Assembly: GCF_009914755.1 (NCBI RefSeq)
Contig: NC_060926.1
Origin: the human T2T-CHM13v2.0 reference genome, Homo sapiens
DNA: 64,000 nt
Strand: one strand, 5' to 3'
In this document: positions 29,444 through 43,323 of the stretch, piece after piece
Layout: every line of letters starts with the position of its first letter
Position numbering within the stretch: the first letter of the stretch is position 1
The notes under the pieces: generated by a model
The model's input: the letters and a program-made list of their open reading frames with translations, nothing else
Told to the model about the DNA's origin: nothing
The model's database searches: none
Position numbers and translations under genes: made by a program

Positions 29444-32400
29444 TTATTTTTTTGGCTGTCTTTTAAAGAGGCACTTGAGGTCTTTCACAGGTTCACAGGT
29501 GTAGTGGCTGATGGGAGCTTCAGATTCCAGGTCCAAGGCTTCAGGTATCTCAGGCTTGACTCTGGAAAGATGTATCCAATGATCTAATCTTAGTACTTTG
29601 ACCACAGAAGGTATGGCCAGTACCACTGAAAATGGTACCTTCCATTACAACCCTTGCATGGGTTGTAATTGTTGAGCAGGTGAACCCTCCTTCCATGTTT
29701 TAATAAGTACCTTATCCCCTGGCCTCATTTGGGATTGCTGGTTAGCTCCCAGTATGGGGAGCCTTAGAGTTACAAACTTTTGTAAAGCCTGCTGAAATTG
29801 TCCCAGGTTAACTAGGTATTTTACAAAATTGGCAGTATCTGGATCAATAATTATATCATTTGTTAAAAATGGCCTCCCATATAACATTTAATATGGGCTC
29901 ATATTAGTTTTTGCTCTAGGGGAATTATGGATCCTTAAAGAGGGCTATGAGCAGCAAGTTGACCCAAGTTTCTGATGTTTCCTTACATAGCTTAGCTAAC
30001 GCCCATTTTAGAGTTTGATTAGGCCTTTCTACTCTCCCAGAAGTTGGAGGACTCCATGCTGAATGTAAATAATATTTGATCCCTAAAGCCTTAGAAACCG
30101 CTTGAGTTATTTAGGAGATAAAGGACAGGCCATTATCACTTTGGAGGCTCTGAGGTAATCCAAACCAGGGCATTATTTCTTTTAAGAGGACCTTCACAAC
30201 TTCATTGGCCTTTTCTGGTAGGGTAAGCTGCGACTCAACCAGTAAAGGCATCTATTAGTACTAACAAAAACTTCTATCTTCTACAGGCTGGCATATGGGT
30301 AAAGTCCAATTGCCAGTCTTCCCCTGGGCAAGTTCCTCTCCTCTGGACTGGTTCTATTAGAGGAGACATTTTGTTTCCTGGGTTGTTAATTGCACACAGC
30401 GAGCAGGCTTGACAGACTTGCTTAACCACCAAAGAAGAGCCTGTTAACCAAGGCCAGGGAGGCATCTCTCCCCATATGGAAAGAGTCATGGAGGGTTTTT
30501 ATAATTCTTCATTGGGCTGTTTGAGGGAGAGATACTTTTAGTCCCATATGCCACCAAGATCCTTTTTTTTGCCCCCTCTTGCTCCTTTATTAACTGTTTT
30601 TCCTGTGGTATATATTCAGGTTCTATTGGGGAATCATAGAAAGGAATCATTGGTAGAACCTGTTGAACTTACACCCTGAGGGCTGCAGCTTTGGCCTATC
30701 AGCCTTTCTGTTACCTTGTGTTATGGGGGTTAAGTCCCTTTGATTCCCCCTACAATGGATAATAGCTACAGCCTTTGGCAGCTGTATTTCTTCTAATAGC
30801 TGAAGAATTTCAGGTCCATGCTTTATCAGGGAATGTTTTTGGCAGGTACATTGCTTCCAGTAGCTGAAGCAGTTCAGGACCATGCTTTATTTAAGTAGTG
30901 CCCTTTCTTTCCAGATTGTAGCATGATCGTGAAGCAGGAGAAATGCATATTTAGACTCTGTATAGATGTTAAGCTTTTTTCATTGTCCCAACATTAATGC
31001 TCAGCTAAAAGCAATGATTTCAGCTTGTTGTGCTGATGTGGCAGCGGGCAGTGGTTGGGCTTCAATAATGATGTTGTGACCTACTACTGCGTATCTAGCT
31101 CAGTGCTCCCCATTTGACACAAAACTACTTCCATCTGTGAACCAGTCACCTCTGGAATCTGGGAGAGGCTGATCTTTTACATCAGGCTGGCTGACACGTT
31201 TGTGTGCGATAACCTGCTTGCAGGAATGATCAGTTATTGGGCCTGTGGGTAGCAATGAAGCTGGATTCAAGGTGTTACTGGTTTTAAGGGTTATATCTGG
31301 ATTGTCTAGCAGCATGGCCTGGTATTTGGTTAACCTTTCCCCCATCATGCAGATGTGTCCTTTTATTTCTAAGACTGACTTCACCTGATGTGGGGTTTGA
31401 ACTTCCAATAGTTGAGCCAGGGTGATTTTAGTGGCTTCCTTTACTAAAATAGCAGTGGCTGCAAATGTTTGCAGGCAACTCAGCCATCCTGAGGCTACTC
31501 CGCCCAACTTCTTTGAAACGTAGGCAGTTGGTCTGGGTTCTGATCCTATTTTCTCGGTTAGCACTCTCACAGCTATGCCCTTCCTCTCTGCTACATACAA
31601 GGAGAAGGGCTTGGTGAGGTCTGCGATGCCAAGAGCAGGAGCCTGGGTGAGAGCCTATTTTAGCTTGACGAAGGCTTCTTTCATTTCCAGGTTCTATTTC
31701 ATTAGCTCATTTTCAGGCCCTCTTGTTGCTTCATATGGGGTCTTTAATATGAGCCCCAAATTTGGTACCAATATTCTGCAAAATCCAGCCATTTCCGGAA
31801 AAGAATGAAGCTTTTGCTTGATGTGGTGGAGTCACAAACTGCATATGACTTGCACTAATTCTGGGGATATTTGCTGGCTCTGGGTGTTAAGACATACCCT
31901 AATTTTCGGACCTACTGAGCCTTCTTTTTGGACACTGTGTATCCACTGTCTTTGAGGAAATTCAAAGTTTTTATAGTATTTTGGTCAGAAACCTTCTGGG
32001 TCAGGCTACATATAAGAAGGCCATCCACATACTGAAGTGTACTCTCATTCTCCAATTGCAGATCCCTCAGACCCCTCTCTAAGGCTTAGGCAAAGAAATG
32101 GGGGCTATCTCAAAACCCCTGAGGGAGCACTGTCCAAGTATATTGTTTTTTTTCTGGTATTAGGATTTTCCCATTCAAAGGCAAAAAGTTATTGAGACCC
32201 TGGGGCTAGAGGAATGGAGAAGAAAGCATCTTTCAGGTCTAGGACTGAGAACCATTTTGCACCCCCTGGCACCTGAGCCAGGAGGGTATGTGGACCCACC
32301 ACCAATGAATGGACAGGGATAACAACCTCATTAATTATTCTGACATCCTGTACTAGCTGGTATTCCTCCAAAGGCTTCAGAACAGCTAAGATGGGAATAT

Positions 32401-32846
32401 TGCAGGGAGAACTGTACGGTTTTAAAAGTCTATGGGTAAGTAATTCCTCAACTATGGGTAATTGGCCTTTTCTTGCTTTAAGCTCAATTTGGTATTGTTT
32501 TTGATTAGAACAATAGCTGGGGTCTTTAAGCTGTATTTTGACTGGCACTGCTGTTTTAGCCTTCCCCAGTTTCTCAGTATACCATGTTGGTGTGTTAACC
32601 TGTTTATTAATGTAGTCTGGGACATTGTCTGCATTATTGACTATTAGCAATTTCAATTGGTGTTGGTGCTTAAATTGCAGCAGTGCCTTTATTTTAACCA
32701 TAATAGGGAGTAAGAACACAGTAATTTGTCCCTATATCAAAAAGAAACTGAATTTGGGTGCCCATGACGTCAAGAGTTACCTGTGGCTCCTCAGTAGTAA
32801 TGATGATGTTCCTGGACAGGGGCGGTGAGGAAGGTCCCAGGCCCCT
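29444..32846 (-). pseudogene. pol: Retroviral pro-pol remnant (protease, RT, RNase H, integrase)
   Basis: FLFDIGTNYCVL (protease); LDLKDAFF, LPQGF, YVDG at 32020-32031 (RT); WFTDGSS (RNase H); CQACSLC, WQLDFTHMP, WIHLSRVK (integrase); broken into many ORFs. Confidence 0.95.
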
Positions 32847-34343
32847 TCAGTCTTCATCTAATTCCTCCTTTTGCACTGCTAGAGTTTTGACTGACTGAGC
32901 CCCTCTGTGGGAGTGGGGGCAGTCAATTCTCCAGTGCCAAGCATCATGACTGGTGCCTTCACATGGACAGCAGGGGCCTGGCAGGGGCTTAGTATAGTCC
33001 CTTGCCCAATGCCCATTTTTCTTGCACTTGAAGCAAGAGTCTTTGCTGGCATTTTCCTTATGGCCCTTTGGGTTTCCCCTGGAATCTCTTTGGGCATTCA
33101 GGGCATCACCAGTGATGGCTGTCATAATTTTGGCTTGCTGTTTTTCTTTACTCTGTTCCCCTTTCCTTCCTCCAGGTCAGAATTGTTATATACCATAAAG
33201 GCAGTATCAAGAAACTGATTTTGATTAGTTTCCATCTCTAGCTTTTGGTGCTTATGTGTAATGTCTGGGTGGATTGGCTAATGAAATGCTGTGCCATTAT
33301 TATTTTACCTTCAGAAGAGGAAGGGTCTAGACTGATATATTTTTTAAAGGCCTCCTCCATCCTGCCATAAAACATGGCTGGATTTTCCTCCTTTCCTTGT
33401 GCAACTTCTCTTACTTTATTATAATTTACTGCCTTAGTTATTCCCTTTTTCATTCCTCTAAGGAGAGCCTCAAGAAATGTAGCCCAGTTGTTCATCCTTA
33501 CAGGGGTGTTATAGTCCCAATTAGGATCAGTAGTGGGGACTATGTCTGGGCCCAAGTGATTGCCCTGAGGGTTTTGGGCAAATAAATTGTCCACTTTGCA
33601 GTGGGCAATCTCAAAGATTCATTATTTTTCCAAGGGGGTCCAATAGGTTGCTAGCATGAATTGGACGTCTCTCCGTGAGAGATCAAAGGCTAAGATCAAA
33701 GTTTAGAACCCATCTGCAAATTTTCTAGCTTCCTAGCTTTTATTTACATTGTTGTGTGTTAGTTATAGAGAATGGGGCCTGAACTCAGACTGGATCCCTG
33801 GCTCCTGCTACTTCCTTAAAGGGTAGCAGGGCTGGAGGGGGAGTTGAATAGGGTGTTCCCCTCTGAGTGTGAGGGGTACTTAGCAAGGTTCCCACTGTTT
33901 GCTGTTGGGCTTGAGCCTCAGGAGCACTTAGCAAGGGGTTATATGGGGGTGGTTGCTATTCCCCCCTGACAGACAGGTGGCCCTTGTAAAAGGGGGTCAT
34001 TTACAATATCTAGTTCTGCCTTAGGACTTTCCTTTTGGGGGGCAGGTTATGGCATTTTTGCAGATTTTTGGGTTTTGGTATAGGTCATAAAGGCCTGTAC
34101 ATATGGGATTTCTGATCATTTACGCTTCCTTTTGCAAAACAGGTCTAATTGCAGGATGGTGTCATAATTAAGGCTACCACTGACTGCCCATTGTTCTTGG
34201 CTTTCCAGCTGGCAATGTGGCCAGACAGTGTTACAATAAAAAATCAGGTGTTTTCTCCTTAGATTGTTAGGGTCAAATTGATTCCAGTGGTTGAGGATCC
34301 AGCCAAGCAGGGAATCAGGTGGAATAGATGGGAAGTTGCCTAT
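32847..34343 (-). pseudogene. gag: Retroviral gag remnant
   Basis: Start ATG>ATA then GNFPSIPPDSLLGWILNHWNQFDP...YDTILQLDLFC; PPPY at 33941-33952; MHR QGKEENPAMFYGRMEEAF; two degenerate zinc knuckles; TGA at 32847-32849. Confidence 0.93.
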
Positions 34344-34735
34344 AGTGGTACAGAAAAGAGGACTTTGAAAAGTGGAGGGTTTATTAGGTGACCCAACTTT
34401 TATCTGGGGTATCCCCCTGGAAAAACCCTGGGCCCTGACTGGGGTCCCCCTTTAGGGCCCCATCTTAGTCTGTCAGACATCTCTGACCTTAGATGGGTAC
34501 CAGCATTGCTTTGGAATGATTTCCTCCACCACTGATGACCCAATTTGAACTCTCCTTCTTGTTACTGGATGAAGGCCTCAACTTTTAGCATCCTTATAAT
34601 TTGACAAAGCCAAGCTTTCCCTTCTGACTTTAGCCAATATGTTCATACACAGAATCTCTTTTACAATTAATTTTCATAAACTGCAACTTGTTCAAACCTT
34701 TGGATTTTTCCTATCTCACTAAAAACAATCCTTTA

Positions 34736-35050
<315 letters not shown>

Positions 35051-35113
35051 TCATGACTTACACAGACCATCTATGACATGCTTGGACTCTCTGACTTGTC
35101 CTAAACTCTTTAA

Positions 35114-35460
<347 letters not shown>

Positions 35461-36133
35461 TCAAGATATTTTCTTATATAAAATCTCTTTTCTTCATAAC
35501 CTTCTTTGCATAGGGGGCTAGGTGGGTTTCTTTTGTCCTTAGCCAGTTGAATACACCAGTTAGGAGAAGGGAGGTCAAGACACCTAACAGACATTATCTT
35601 TTATGGGCTAACTCTAAAGAAGAATTTAGCATAAGAAAAGAGGGTTTAAGTCATCTGAAACGTCTGTGAATTTGTCCTGGATGAGCTGTTGCTGCCAATT
35701 GTATCACACATAAAAATCATGAACTATAACCAGAAAAGATAGAAAAGAGTCCTTCCCCCTTATGGGCAGGGCAACTATCCCCATTCACTCTTTGGCCTTC
35801 AGGTAATAGTGGAGAGTGGCCCCAGTCAGTTGTCCTCAATTACCAAGGAGCAACTAGGAAACGGCCACTGAAAGACTGAAAAAATAGAGGAAAAGGACGC
35901 AGGTCTCTCACCCAAACTGGGTAGTGGTGGTCAGGTGTTTCCACATGAAAACCTTTCAGTTTCACTGGAGAGTGGCCTCAGCCAGAAACCTGCAGTTGTC
36001 TCTGTGCTTAGGCACTGTCCACTGAGGGTCCTAAGTTATAAAGGGAAAGAGAGAGAGAGAAAAAAGGGTTCCCCTGTATGGAGCAGAGGGAAAAGGGGAA
36101 AAGAGAAAAATAAATCCCAGACTTGGAGTTTGC

Positions 36134-36151
36134 CTCCTGGCCGACTCACCA
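36134..36151 (-). promoter_or_regulatory. Primer-binding site, tRNA-Arg(ACG)-like
   Basis: TGGTGAGTCGGCCAGGAG, 5 nt from the LTR end; 15/18 match to TGGCGAGCCAGCCAGGAG (complement of the tRNA-Arg-ACG 3' end, from memory). Confidence 0.85.
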
Positions 36152-36156
36152 AAATT

Positions 36157-36622
36157 TGTTGCCAATGGAGGGTCTTGACTACAAGTTGTCCAGGTGAATT
36201 TGACAAAATGCACAAACAAAGCAATGAAAGAATGAAGCAATTAAATCACAGATTTATTGAAACAAAAGTGCACTCCACAGAGTAGGAATGGGCTTGAGCA
36301 AGTAGCTCAAGAGCCCTGGTTACAGAATTTTCTGGGTTTAAATATTCTGTAGAGGTTTCCATTGGTTACTTTGTTACACCCTATGTAAATGAAGGATTGG
36401 CTTGTGGTCAGTCTGATTGGTTGCTGGAGGGGACTAATCAGAGGTACTTTCCATTTTTTATCTGTGAGGCAGTGGAAAGGGGAGTGGTTGCAAAGGGAGT
36501 AGCCTCTGATCCTTTTGTTACTTGGGCTTGGAGAGGTGGGGTTTTCTTTTTGATTCAGTTCTAGGAAGTCAGTGCAAATCGGCCTTAGGTTCCCTGCCTT
36601 CAGACCCTATTCCCCTGCCTCA
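36157..36622 (-). repeat. 5' LTR (MER51-like), U3-R-U5
   Basis: TG...CA termini; several CCAAT boxes; TTTAAA TATA-like box at ~36340; AATAAA (minus strand) at 36253-36258. Confidence 0.9.
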
Positions 36623-37948
36623 CAGGGGTAAGGAGCAGAACTATGGTGCTCCCTCTTTGATGCTATAGTGGGTGCATGGGAACTTGCTTTCTATAAAGTC
36701 TCACACAATGGGGGCTCCTTCTAGTTAGGAAGAAAGTTTAGATTCTGGATAGACAAATAAAAGCAGATATCCTAAAGTGTAATACAAACAACTGGAAAAA
36801 ATAAAGGAATGGAATCAATAAGTTTTATATATGTGCCATGTATACATAGGCTCTGCTTGTATGAGAACTCAAGGACTTGCACTGCAATATCTATTACAAG
36901 TAAGCACCCCCCTGGATGTCCTAGAAGGGCATCTCCATCCCACTCAAGGTGATTAAAAACCTTTTGGTATCAGAGTATCTCTCTTTCTTTACTCAAGGGG
37001 AAAGAAGTAGCTTTTCTTCCTGAACACCAGATTCCCCTAAAGGCAATGGCTTCTCTCCACTCTGGTTCTTACAATGAAAAGGTGGTGGCAGTAGAGCTGA
37101 TTCTGCTAATTGGTCCTCTCAAGGAGCTCCAGAGGCAGATGTCTTTTACCAATGGCTGTTGGTTATTGGAACTTAAGATGTCAGATGTGCATCTTAAGGA
37201 TGTTCATCTATAACTTAAGATGTGGGATGTACACCCTGAATTTCAAAGTTCTAGAAAGAATTCTTAGGGCAAAAGAAAAAAAAAGTTAACACATTTAGAC
37301 ATCAGAAATAGTGGCTTTCAATAACAAAGTATCATGGAACAGCATCATATATCTGAGAGGAAGACGTGTGACTAGATGATTTTTTAATTCTATGAAAGAT
37401 AAAGGTTACAATCAGAGATTGATAAATATGCAAAAGGAAATATAGCACAAATTAGCCCTTGAAAACAATACGTGATTAAAATCAGGCAGTCAAAAAGTGA
37501 ATTACGGTACAGATCTCAGAAGTAAGGGAGCTGGTATTAGCAGACTGGTAGTTAATATGTTTATATTAGAATCGGGCTCAACAATTATGGGAATTGTTAC
37601 TTGGAAAAATCCAAGTGTTATAAATATAGACAATATAAAAATAATAAAGTGCCAAATAATGGGGCATGTGGAGAAAAAAATGTGAGGTAGAAGGAAATAT
37701 AAGTGTGCTTTTCTAAAATCAAGGAATCAGATAATAATTCTAAAGTAGATACGTTAAGAAATATAGTTTAAATGTATAATTTAAACTTCTTAAAAGAGGG
37801 CATACACAACCTTGCAAAAATGGGAAAAAAGCAAGTGCTAAAATCAGAAAATATAAATGTCAGAAATAAGAACAAATAATATCTGTTTTAAAAAATGAAG
37901 GTAAATGAAAGAAATTACTTGTAATGAGAAAGATTCTTAGATTAGTTT

Positions 37949-39870
37949 CTGTGAGAAAAGAGATTTTTTGTTTGTTTTGCTCATGGCAACGCCTAGAACA
38001 CAGAAAAAGTCAAACTGGCTTGAAAATGAAGGGACCATTTAGCTCATGTAACCAAAAAGTCTAGTGGAACAGTGGGTACCATGGGGTCTTTGGCCTTATT
38101 TTTCTGTGAAGGTTCCTGGTCGGCACCCTGCTTTGTATGGCTTATTCTCAGACTTGCTTCCTCATGGTCACAAGAGGACTTCCCATAACAACTGTGGGAA
38201 TGTGACTCTTCATTCAATGCCATCACTTTTCTCCCTACCTCAACCCCAACAAATCCTAAACCAATCCCATTGGAAAACCAGATAGGGATTGTCAGCTGTT
38301 TAAATTAGACGAGAATTCTCAAAGGGTGAACTGTAGATCTCCAGGAGTTCCCAAGACTCTTTCAAGAGGTCCACAAGTGCACAACTATTTTTATAGTAAT
38401 ACTAAGAGGTTATTTTCCCTTTTTCCTTTGTTGACATTGGCCATGATGATACAAAAGCTGATGGGATAAGACTGTTGGTACCTCAGTGTGATTCAAGGCA
38501 ATGGCACCAAACTGCACCAGGGATCATGGCATTCACTGTCAGTTACTTGCAGCCAAAAAAAAAAAAAAAAAAAATGCCATTTTCACCTAAGAATGTCCCT
38601 GATAAAGCAGTAAAAACTATTAATTTTATTAAATCTTGACCCTTGAATACATGTCTTTTTAATATTTTGTGTGATGAAATGAGAAGTAAGCATGCAGCAT
38701 GAATACAGCATCTGGGAGTATTGTGGTCATTGCAAAGAAAGCACTTTGAGGTAGTGTGAGACATGACTGAACTGTCTGCTTTTTTCATGTAAAAGCATTT
38801 TATTCCAGAGAACCACTGACAGACAAATGATTGTTATTCAGACTTGGGTACTTGACAGACATTTTCTTGAAAACAAATGAAGTGAATCTGTCACTTCAAG
38901 GAAACTACTGACAATATTTTTTGCCAAAGATGAAATTCAAGCTTTCACGCAAAAATTCTAATTTTGGAAAACTTAAGTCTACCACCTTGAGCTCAACAGC
39001 TTCCCAATATTGAGAAGCTTTTGCAGTTATATTGATGCAAATATTAGCAAATGTGGATTTTTTTGGATATTACATAATAAAATGTGTCAGAATTAGAAAA
39101 GTAACATTTTGAGAATCAATATTTTTCAGATGATCAATGTGTGATGCTACAAAATCATGCTTGGCAAAAGATCCAATTGAACTACAAAATAGGCCAATAA
39201 ATTTTAATGTAACAATATTTAAAGGTTATAAAATATTCATTGACATGGTTTCAGATTCCGTATTCCAACTGACATTTAAGATACCAGTTGTTTCTGTAGT
39301 ATAGTATCAAAAAAGAATATCTATAATCATCTGAAAATTACTAAAATACTCTTCCCTTTTCAAACTACCTATCTGTATGTGGGTGGCTTTTCTCTATATA
39401 GTTTATTTTAACAACATATCACAACAAATGAAATCAAAAGCAGATATGACAATCTGTCTTCTATTAAGATACTAAAGAAATTTGTGAAAATGTAGAACAT
39501 GCTTCTCTTCTCACTACATTTATTTTAGTATGATAATTATAGATTTTTAAATAAAAATGCTAGTTGTCATATATATGATTGTTAGTTTTAACTAAATAAA
39601 TGTTTAAAAATTTTAAATTTTAATTTCTAATATAGCAAACACTGATAGATATAACTCACATAAACAAAATAATTTTGGAGTTTTTGATAATTTTTAATAG
39701 TATAAAGGGGACCTGATGCCATAAATTCTGAGAATTACTGATTTAGATTAATCAGGTATCATCCATGGAGCTGGATCGTGACTCAATTCCACCTAAACTA
39801 TGTAGCATCTATATATAGCTTCTACGTAATTGGAGAAAGATTGAATGATATTAGGGAAGCAACTGCAATT
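37949..39870 (-). mobile_element. MLT1I/J-like MaLR LTR split by Charlie1a
   Basis: aaactggctt...tttagctcatgtaacc...cctcatggtcacaag; continues after 39748 (taatcagg...ggagctgg...gggaagcaac). Confidence 0.55.
38311..39740 (+). mobile_element. Charlie1a hAT DNA transposon (~1.43 kb, transposase C-terminal remnant)
   Basis: TIR-like ends aattctcaaag / tgagaattactg; atcaaggcaatggcaccaaactg-type internal text; degenerate TSD AATTAGAC/ATTTAGAT. Confidence 0.88.
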
Positions 39871-40282
39871 TTCAGTTTAATGATAAAGGGTAAATTCCAC
39901 AACAAATATATAATTATTACAAAACTTTGTGTACCAAAAAACATATTGTATAGTAATAATGATTGGCAATTCAGCATTAGTAAAAAATTTTGTCTCATCT
40001 TTCAGCCCCTGACATATCAAGTAGATGAAAAGTAAGTAATGCTGTAAAAATCAGAATAATAAAATTAATATAGATATTCTCATAGTTACATATTGGACTT
40101 TGTACCATAAAGACAAGTTTTTACAAAGTCAACCATTATATCAGGCCTAAAGAAATCCTTACTATATTAAACATTAGAAACACTAGAGGCTACATTTACT
40201 GACTGCAGTGCACTCAAGCTAGTAATTAATAGCAAAACCCAGAACTTTTACACCCAAGAACTTAAAGGTTGAAACACACATC

Positions 40283-40412
40283 TCAGGGCCACCATGTTTT
40301 GCAGCTCTGTGGGCACCGTTCACATTGGGCCCAAGTACTGTTCCGTAGAGTGACATTCAAATAGAGTACAATTTAAACAGTGGTATCTACTTGGGCAATG
40401 CGATGATCTTTG
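40283..40412. mobile_element. Possible MER91-like hAT fragment
   Basis: cagggccaccat...gggcaccgttcacatt resembles MER91B. Confidence 0.35.
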
Positions 40413-40842
40413 ACTTCATTCTTAAGTAACTCTTATGAAAGATGAAATTTAAAATAAAATTTCAGAATGTCTAGAAATCAAATAATACCCCCACATGAGT
40501 TAAGGTGGTATTAAGAGGAATACTTACGGTTGAAACTATTACAGTATTAAACAAACATAAATAAATATATTAAAAATTTAAGATTTCCTAACCTAAGAAG
40601 TTAGGAAAAATTAAACAAAATACATCTAAGAAGACCAAATAAAGGAATTAAACCTGAGAGTACAAATTAATAAATTGGAAAACAGAAAACAAGCTATAAT
40701 TGATAAATAAATCACACATTCTTTATTTGGGAAAACAGCTAGCTAGCCTAAGCAGGCAAAAGGAACAGGAAATGACAAGTACTCAAGATTAAAAATGAAA
40801 ATACAAATGGGGGAAAAATAATAGGCAAAGAGAAAAGTAATT

Positions 40843-41150
<308 letters not shown>

Positions 41151-42179
41151 GAAAATGGAAAAGTATATGTGTAGACAGGTAACAGAAAAATAAATATAGA
41201 TGGCCAATAAATAAATAAAAAAGAAAAAGGTGTTCAATTGCTCATCTAGACATGAAAATCAACAAAGATTAAATACTACATTATTCACCTACCAGATTGG
41301 CAAAGATTCAAAATTTGGATGAGGATAAATTGTGTTTGATATAATTTTAGTGGAAGTGAAAATTTGTTAAACTACTACTATTTATTAATATCTGTTAAAA
41401 TTTAAAATATGTATAACAAATTATTAAATAGGACATTTTTCTGGTCTGAGTTAATGTCCTAAAACTAATAACAATAGGTGATAATTTTTCTTTATTCCAA
41501 AAAGAGGTTTTAGATCACCTATGAAAGAATTGCCAAAGTGGATGCAAACTGATTCTGAAATCTTTACTGTATCATCCAAATGGCAAGAATTATCAGGAAA
41601 AGAGACTGAAACTCCTTCCCTTACCTCAAGCCCAGTAAAGAAACCTCAAGAGAACTGCCTAAATCTCAGGTTGTTGGAGGAGATAAATACTAAAAGAATA
41701 GTCCTTGTTTCCCTTCTCCTCCGGAGAATCTTGAAACGAGATTAGGTCTGAGTTGGGAGAAAGAAGATTTAAATTGGAAGAACATATGACTAGCTTAGAT
41801 TTTTTAATGTTGGAAAGTAAGAATGACTGGAAAGTTGCACAGTCTGCTCGAAGGGTAAGGAAGGAAGACCATCATGAGACAGAATGAAGGTGGTGTGCTC
41901 ATACTTCACTGAATTCAGCTCACTTAATAGGCAGTTACATGCCCTTTGACTCAGCAACTCTACTTCTAGGAATTCATCTTACCAATACACAGAGGTGCCA
42001 GATTGATGTTCATAGAAGCGTTTCTTGCAGTAGAAAGCTGAAAACAACTGATATGTTACAAAATTTTATAAAGTAAGTTATTGTATAATGTCACATACTT
42101 TGCAGTTATTAAGAATAGTGGGGTATACCCATATGTACTTGGGCATAGGAAGACAGAATAAATGAAAAAAATCAAATTT

Positions 42180-42315
42180 CAAAAGAAATGATAAATGTTT
42201 GAGGTTATAGATATTCTAAATACCCTGGTTTAATAATTACATATTGTATGCATGTATCAAAATATACATACCACACAATTATTGTGTATCAATAACATGT
42301 TAAAAATAAATAAAA
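42180..42315 (+). mobile_element. L1MA 3'-terminal fragment
   Basis: aatgataaatgtttgagg...catattgtatgcatgtatcaaaatat...tatcaataa plus A-rich tail. Confidence 0.75.
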
Positions 42316-43268
42316 ACATCAACTTTAGAACAAAACGATCACAATTTTGTTAGAAAAAGGAGTAAAATTTCATAGCTATCTTCATGATAGAGATGAGGGT
42401 CATGTATTTTTCAGGATAAAGACATCTAATTAATTTCTTTTTTTTCTTTAAAAATTAAAAGAGTGACACATACCTGGTATACAATATTTTGTCTGTATAA
42501 AAGGATAAAAAGTTTAAAAAAAGACAACAACAATAACCTGTTTCTATTTCTGTCCCAGCTCTATGGATACAGTTATACAGTACCTGTGCATGATTTCTTC
42601 TAAAAAAAATCATGCATTACTTTTATAGTTAAATATGCAAAGAGAGAAGTGAAAGAAAAAGAATTAAATGTCTTTCTTTTATTTTAAATCTTACCTAGTT
42701 AGAGGAAAGCTCCTCTATAATTTTTTGTGCTATTGTTTTCTTTTGACTCATGTTTGTTTTTTGATTTGTGTGTTTCCAAATGCTAGCCTCTTTCACTTTT
42801 TGCCAAAAATGAAGTCATCGGAAACAGGAACAGTTATAACGAGTCAGAGATTGTGTTTGGTGAAGGCCCTGTTATGGTGTCATGGGAAGAGTTTGCATAT
42901 CAGAAGCTCTGGTGGGTTTCCTAACCACAAATCTGAGGCCATGCAACACTGGAAAGTATCTCTCTTACAACTATCCCCAAGCTTGCTATCTGGTTTCCTA
43001 CATAGTAAAATTCAATAGAATGTATATTCATCACTTCTATTTCTACATTTAAATGAGTATATACCACTAGCCTTCTTATTTTCTACCCTTTAAGCATTTT
43101 TTCCTCACTAGAAGTACCAGATCATATTATCCAACCTAATTAGAACACTAATTCCATAAGATGCACCTTGAGAAAGTTTCTGTAGGTAAATTATTTTGGA
43201 CCATGTAGTATGGAGTATCTCTGCTTTGGATAGTCAATGAGAGGAACATATTACAGGCTTATTTCCTT

Positions 43269-43323
43269 TAAATAACCTGAACATAGTTTCTAGTCAGCAC
43301 TTCTCTAAATAACCTGAACATAG
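43269..43323. repeat. 18-bp direct repeat with a 19-bp spacer
   Basis: TAAATAACCTGAACATAG at 43269-43286 and 43306-43323. Confidence 0.95.

Noticed and set aside
29444-32846. Reverse transcriptase as part of a novel retron, DGR or defence system
   Set aside because: Primate DNA; RT lies in canonical LTR-gag-pol-env order and has lost a catalytic Asp
43269-43323. Repeat-spacer-repeat as a CRISPR unit
   Set aside because: Only two short repeats, eukaryotic context, no cas genes
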